DNA of 64,000 nucleotides from a virus (taxonomy: Duplodnaviria; Caudoviricetes). Below, piece by piece: positions 59,338-64,000 of this stretch. How positions within the stretch are numbered: position 1 is the stretch's first letter; the number at the start of each line of letters is the position of its first letter. The notes beneath the pieces are model-generated. The model did not search any database, was not told the origin of the DNA, and was given only the letters and a program-made list of their open reading frames with translations. The stretch lies in the IMG/VR virus record IMGVR_UViG_3300020050_016625, positions 32,001 through 96,000 of that record; one strand, 5' to 3'. A program made the position numbers and the translations under genes.

Positions 59338-60603
59338 CTATACAAATGTCTCAAAGTCCCAAGTTTGGTCAGAGCCATCAACCGTTACCACCAAAGAAGC
59401 AAGGTCAGATTTAGTGTTACTTACGATTACAGAAACCGTTTCATTATCTCCGTTTCCTGGTGCTTCTACAATTACTACATATACACCAGTGGTCGTAAAT
59501 CCTGCCCCAAAAATAGCGGCTTTAATAGCATCTGCGATTTCTGTTTCGTTGCCATTTTCAACTACAATTACAGGTGAAACACTGTAAGGGTCGCTATCAT
59601 CAAACAAGACTGTATTGAATTTACGTGTAGTTGCAACAGTTGTAACAGGGTACGTAATATTAAGTCTGAAATTTTGGAATGTAGGCGAAGGTACACATAC
59701 AGGTTCGGTGTAAGGGGTTGTTGCGACTGTATAAACAATCGTTTCACAACAATTAGAGCTACAAGATTCACAACTTGCACCGCTACCCTCTAATTGTGGC
59801 GTTGCTTCCAAATACAAAGAAATATCGTAGCTATGACTTGATAATTCAAACACAAATGACTCGTTAGGCATAGTTCTTTTCACGACACCACTATCATCTG
59901 TATAAACCCACTTAGTCTTGCTAATCTGGAATAAAGGATTTTCCGCAAACGCATTGGAATTAATATCTACTAAGCGACCCTCTTGGAATGTGATTTCAGG
60001 AAACGCAACAATATCGCAGTCGCCAAAACAGCAGTCAGTAGAAACAGAAGGCATGGTAACAGTAGCACTATTCAATGTGCTATACTCCTCCTCAATGTTT
60101 ACCATTACGAAACGACTACCCCATGTAATGCCATTAGGTCTAAACTGGATAGATTCTACAAACCTACCAATTACAATACCCTTAACATCTCCAGCAGGCG
60201 CAACATCTGTAACACCCCATGAATCCGTATCACCTGCACCATCGTCAGTGATAAGGTAAGCTAACTTACCCTTCCAAGTGTTAGATTCTTTACGTGTTGT
60301 TTGAACAGACTTATGAACAGGCAAATAACAAGTACCTTCTGTACGATACAAGCCTTGTTCGCCGCAAACTGTATCAGCAGAAAGAATGCCCAAAAATGGC
60401 TTACCTGCATTATCAAATAAACGCATTGTGCCACCACAAATATACTCACGCCCCATGTATTTGAAATGCGAATACTTGTAAGGTTTTGCCATGTTTGCAG
60501 GTAGCACAGTGTCTGTAATTCCTTTAATTTCCATATCTACAAACAAGCGGTCGGCAGTAGGGAAATTATGTGCGTTTACCGCACTTCTATCAGTAAATCT
60601 CAT
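59338..60603 (-). CDS. Putative head decoration protein with extra domains
   Basis: Between protease and capsid; Cys-rich linkers. Confidence 0.5.
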   Translation of the reverse strand: MRFTDRSAVNAHNFPTADRLFVDMEIKGITDTVLPANMAKPYKYSHFKYMGREYICGGTMRLFDNAGKPFLGILSADTVCGEQGLYRTEGTCYLPVHKSVQTTRKESNTWKGKLAYLITDDGAGDTDSWGVTDVAPAGDVKGIVIGRFVESIQFRPNGITWGSRFVMVNIEEEYSTLNSATVTMPSVSTDCCFGDCDIVAFPEITFQEGRLVDINSNAFAENPLFQISKTKWVYTDDSGVVKRTMPNESFVFELSSHSYDISLYLEATPQLEGSGASCESCSSNCCETIVYTVATTPYTEPVCVPSPTFQNFRLNITYPVTTVATTRKFNTVLFDDSDPYSVSPVIVVENGNETEIADAIKAAIFGAGFTTTGVYVVIVEAPGNGDNETVSVIVSNTKSDLASLVVTVDGSDQTWDFETFV

Positions 60604-60628
60604 TTTATTTTATAATTTTGAATGTTGA

Positions 60629-62119
60629 TTAAAATAAAGGTTTATCGTTTTTGCGTTTGATTAGTGCCGCTTCTTTTTCGGCTTGTACTGCATCTTGCTT
60701 GCTTTTTTCGCTTAATTCAATAAGTAAGCCTTCAATATCAGTACGTAATTCAGACATAGACTTTTGCGCAGCTTCTGTTCTCGCTAAATCCAAATCAAGC
60801 GAGTTTAATCGCTTTAATTGAGACTTAATAGCAACATACTTTTGCACGTAAATGTCTTTTTCAATAGCCATTTCAGATTGCAATGCAGTAAGCGATTTAT
60901 TTGCAGTTACTAAATCGGTTGTACTTTTTTCTAATTGCTTAGTAAGTTCAACTTTTTCAATGCCTAATAACTCATTTTTATCAGTCAATAGAGAAGAAGA
61001 ACGTTCTAAGTTAGACTTATCTAACTTTAAAGCCTCAACTTCCAAACTAACATTTGTGAGTTTTTTGTCCAAAATTTCAAACTTTTGCGCAATTTCAGTA
61101 GTGGCATCAAAAGGGGTTGTATCTGCTAAATTTTTAGCCACCACTTTTACCCATGTTGCAGTATGCAAGTGTGCAGGTAGAGTATTAAAAACAGATTTCA
61201 TTAATGCAATTTCAGTAGCATTTGCATCTGTATTAGCAGGGGTTTTCACTTCTTTTTCGGTTTCTAATGCCTTTTCAGTGGGCTTATTTTCAAGCGTATT
61301 TTCACTTGTAGGTGCAGGTGTATTATCAATTACACGCACTTCGTACATTTTCTTTTTCTCAATTTGCCCACTACCATTTGCACCAATATCTACCAACGAA
61401 ATTTCCATTGTCTCAACTCTTGCATTAGTTCCATACAAGTAATAAGAAACTGGTGTTGTATAGCCTTCTGGAATATAGTTTGAGCGGTCGCTACCAATAT
61501 ATTCAAAACCGCTAATCCATGCAGAAATAGAAACTTTTGAAAGTGTGCCTATGTCAATATGTCTTGTAACAAGTGAGCCATGCCATTGTGCCTGCTTATC
61601 AATATACGCATATACGATAAGTTTACGAACAACCTGCCCGTTTTCATCTAATGCCACAACGTCATTTTCAACCATATCCACAACTTCGTATGAATAGGTT
61701 TTACCTACCATTTCATAACGATTGTGCATAATACACACATTTGTACCACCTGCTTTGTTTTCACCCCAGCCTTTTGAATAACCATCTCCCAAAAGTTGTA
61801 ATACATATTCTGTAAATTTATCCCTATCAGAATCAATTCGAGTATCAGAAGCCGCAAGTTTTAGAAACAAAAGGTTTTCCTTTACCCATGCTACGGATTT
61901 AGCAAGACCCGAAGCAACGAGTGAAATATGTGCATCTGTGGGCGTATATAGTTTTTGAGCAACATCTGCGCCTTCTGAAACCCCTACAATTTCAACACCC
62001 TTCTCTCTATTCTTTTCAAGATAAGCAGTTATAGCCTCCTTTTCTTGTGTAGATAAAGTAGCATTACCCGTATCTAAGACACGACTTGCCCCCTTTTCTT
62101 TTATATGTTCAAAAATCAT
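60629..62119 (-). CDS. Prohead protease-scaffold fusion
   Basis: IDSDRDKF, MHNR, KVSIS, EISLVDIGAN followed by a long coiled coil. Confidence 0.8.
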   Translation of the reverse strand: MIFEHIKEKGASRVLDTGNATLSTQEKEAITAYLEKNREKGVEIVGVSEGADVAQKLYTPTDAHISLVASGLAKSVAWVKENLLFLKLAASDTRIDSDRDKFTEYVLQLLGDGYSKGWGENKAGGTNVCIMHNRYEMVGKTYSYEVVDMVENDVVALDENGQVVRKLIVYAYIDKQAQWHGSLVTRHIDIGTLSKVSISAWISGFEYIGSDRSNYIPEGYTTPVSYYLYGTNARVETMEISLVDIGANGSGQIEKKKMYEVRVIDNTPAPTSENTLENKPTEKALETEKEVKTPANTDANATEIALMKSVFNTLPAHLHTATWVKVVAKNLADTTPFDATTEIAQKFEILDKKLTNVSLEVEALKLDKSNLERSSSLLTDKNELLGIEKVELTKQLEKSTTDLVTANKSLTALQSEMAIEKDIYVQKYVAIKSQLKRLNSLDLDLARTEAAQKSMSELRTDIEGLLIELSEKSKQDAVQAEKEAALIKRKNDKPLF

Positions 62120-62151
62120 ATTATGAGTATATGTTATGTATTAATTTCGCA

Positions 62152-62167
62152 CAAAAATATAGTGCTT
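62152..62167 (-). promoter_or_regulatory. Head operon promoter (AAGCACTATATTTTTG)
   Basis: 16-mer identical to 20056-20071 upstream of the tail operon. Confidence 0.65.
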
Positions 62168-62234
62168 ACATGTATGTTGTATTTTTTGTAAACAAAATAT
62201 ATATTTAGTAGTTATATATGTTTAAATCATAAAT

Positions 62235-62948
62235 ATGGGAACATTACAATATTCAAAAGTACAAGTTTTAGATATGCTAAATAAGAAAGTAGCTGCAAAA
62301 ATGCTAAGCTCTTGCGCACTTAGGCATTGGCATAATCAATACATTCCTTTTAAAAATAGGAAAAGGTTTATACTTGACAAAATGTATATAGAGAAAATAA
62401 GTGCAGTCTTTGGCAAAGAAAGCGATATAATAGGCTACAATGTGATTGTTTCTTATCCTGAAAAGAAAAGCTACTACGTAAAAGCAGATAAGGTATTGCA
62501 TGAGTTTAGGGCAAATATAGAGTTGTTTAGAAAAGAAGCTATTGAAAAGATAGATAAGCTATTTGCGGATTTAGAAAACAAATTGAACAAAGCATTACAA
62601 AATAGAGGTATAGAATTAAATAGCTTTTACGATTATCGTTATAGGATTGAAAGACTTGCGAGCGCAAGACTATTGCAGATATATACATTAGACGAGTTTG
62701 TAGTTGATAGAATTATCAGGGATAAAGAAAACAATAAAATAGAAATATTAAAAGTTTTAGATGCAAAAAGTCTGCAAGAAAAATGCCATTCCGCAGCTAC
62801 AAATATGGATATTGCTTGTTATATAAAGCTATGTGAAATAAACGACAATCTATTAGCAGAAATAGATAGTAGATTAAATGAGAAAGTAGATTATATCTAC
62901 CAAGCACACGATAAGAAAATAGCTGCATTAACGCAATGGTGGCAATAA
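62235..62948 (+). CDS. Hypothetical protein
   Basis: Class II promoter at 62191-62214. Confidence 0.65.
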   Translation: MGTLQYSKVQVLDMLNKKVAAKMLSSCALRHWHNQYIPFKNRKRFILDKMYIEKISAVFGKESDIIGYNVIVSYPEKKSYYVKADKVLHEFRANIELFRKEAIEKIDKLFADLENKLNKALQNRGIELNSFYDYRYRIERLASARLLQIYTLDEFVVDRIIRDKENNKIEILKVLDAKSLQEKCHSAATNMDIACYIKLCEINDNLLAEIDSRLNEKVDYIYQAHDKKIAALTQWWQ

Positions 62949-63013
62949 AAAAAACGGCTGTAATTTCTTGCAGCCGTTTTTTATTTGTATCTTTGCGTAT
63001 AAAATAATAAAAC

Positions 63014-63784
63014 ATGCAAAACACAATCATTATAGACGACCTTATACAAGGTGCAACTTATCTAAATTGGCGTGAAATTAGCGTATTTCAGGGCGATTTA
63101 AAGACACAATCGCAGGAACAATTAAATAGATTGGTTTTATCATTAGAAACAGAAGGCTTTTTCGATGTGGCAAAGGTTTGGTACGACAAAGAGGAGGGTA
63201 TAAACTACTTTGCAGATGGACACCAAAGAAAAGGTACACTTACTTACCTATCTACTTTGGGCTATAAATTTGTTAAAAAAAGCAATGGAGAAAAAACGGA
63301 TTTAATACCATGTACTTATATTAATGCAGAAAATAAAACAGATTTAGCTCGTAAATTATTAATCATAAACAATCAATACGCTACAATTACAAGTGAGGGT
63401 TTAAGCCACTTTACGGAACTATATGGAGTTAAAACGGATTTCATGCAAAGTATTGTGAACTTTTCGCAATTTGTACCACCGATAATTGAACAAAAAAACG
63501 TATGGAGTGCGCCAGAAGTTGAAACACCACCTTTTATAATGCCTCAAAAACCTGTAAAGGAAATTGAGTATAAAGCAGATAATGGAGAAAGTGAAAATAG
63601 TAGTAGTAGTAGTGATAATGAAAAAGATAGTTATACGGAGCTTAACCTAATACTTAGAAATGGAGATTATAAATATATTATGGATATGATTTATCGAATC
63701 AAAAAGGATAGGGAAATAGATAGCAATGCGGAGGCACTCGTGTATATCTGTGAACAATATGAGATGTATTGTGGTAACATATAA
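63014..63784 (+). CDS. ParB/Srx-like N-terminal domain protein
   Basis: LNRLVLSLETEGF..FADGHQR..LLIINNQYA. Confidence 0.75.
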   Translation: MQNTIIIDDLIQGATYLNWREISVFQGDLKTQSQEQLNRLVLSLETEGFFDVAKVWYDKEEGINYFADGHQRKGTLTYLSTLGYKFVKKSNGEKTDLIPCTYINAENKTDLARKLLIINNQYATITSEGLSHFTELYGVKTDFMQSIVNFSQFVPPIIEQKNVWSAPEVETPPFIMPQKPVKEIEYKADNGESENSSSSSDNEKDSYTELNLILRNGDYKYIMDMIYRIKKDREIDSNAEALVYICEQYEMYCGNI

Positions 63785-63794
63785 TAACTTTTTT

Positions 63795-64000
63795 ATGGAA
63801 GATTTTTACAGAAATGCAGTATTGGTAGATAGTATGAATAGTCTTGGTAGATGTATTAAGGTAGGCACTATAATTAACGTGCAAGACTGTGTTAATTTAG
63901 TACCTAATCAGCAAATTGATAAAGCTATCAATCTTATTAATAAGCAATTAAGCGGATTACCTATATATGGCACTCTCTATAAAATACAGCTTGATAATGA
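63795..64000 (+). CDS. Hypothetical protein (3' partial)
   Basis: ATG 63795, frame open to window end. Confidence 0.5.
   Translation, partial: MEDFYRNAVLVDSMNSLGRCIKVGTIINVQDCVNLVPNQQIDKAINLINKQLSGLPIYGTLYKIQLDN

Noticed and set aside
4070-62214. Integron attC sites (AAC...GTT)
   Set aside because: Only ~23 bp, far shorter than attC, fixed promoter-like spacing, no integrase

Overview
An AT-rich segment of a large tailed dsDNA phage (or prophage). TAnnTTTG promoters, Bacteroidota-type signal peptides and an EAD11-like domain point to a Bacteroidota host. Virion genes lie on the minus strand in separate blocks: head (57.2-62.1 kb), neck/tail/tape measure (13.4-20.0 kb) and distal tail (5.7-9.3 kb). 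Lysis genes are at 26.8-28.0 kb. Between these blocks are dozens of mostly plus-strand accessory genes, including three BspA-type LRR paralogues, a minimal PolX, ASCH, HNH, an EAD11-like protein, a methyltransferase-SNF2 helicase and a tnpB-only IS200/IS605 element that splits a phage gene. The strongest non-coding signal is a window-wide regulatory pattern: about 30 intergenic ECF-sigma-like promoters (AAC-N16/17-CGTW and AAACA-N15/16-DGTTA), many fused to terminator hairpins. With them come a CTACAT-N4-ATGTAG palindromic operator, a repeated GAA/AGUA leader-RNA motif, candidate sRNAs and an ORF with an ECF-like sigma region 4. All protein calls are from motif recognition by eye; no database searches were run.
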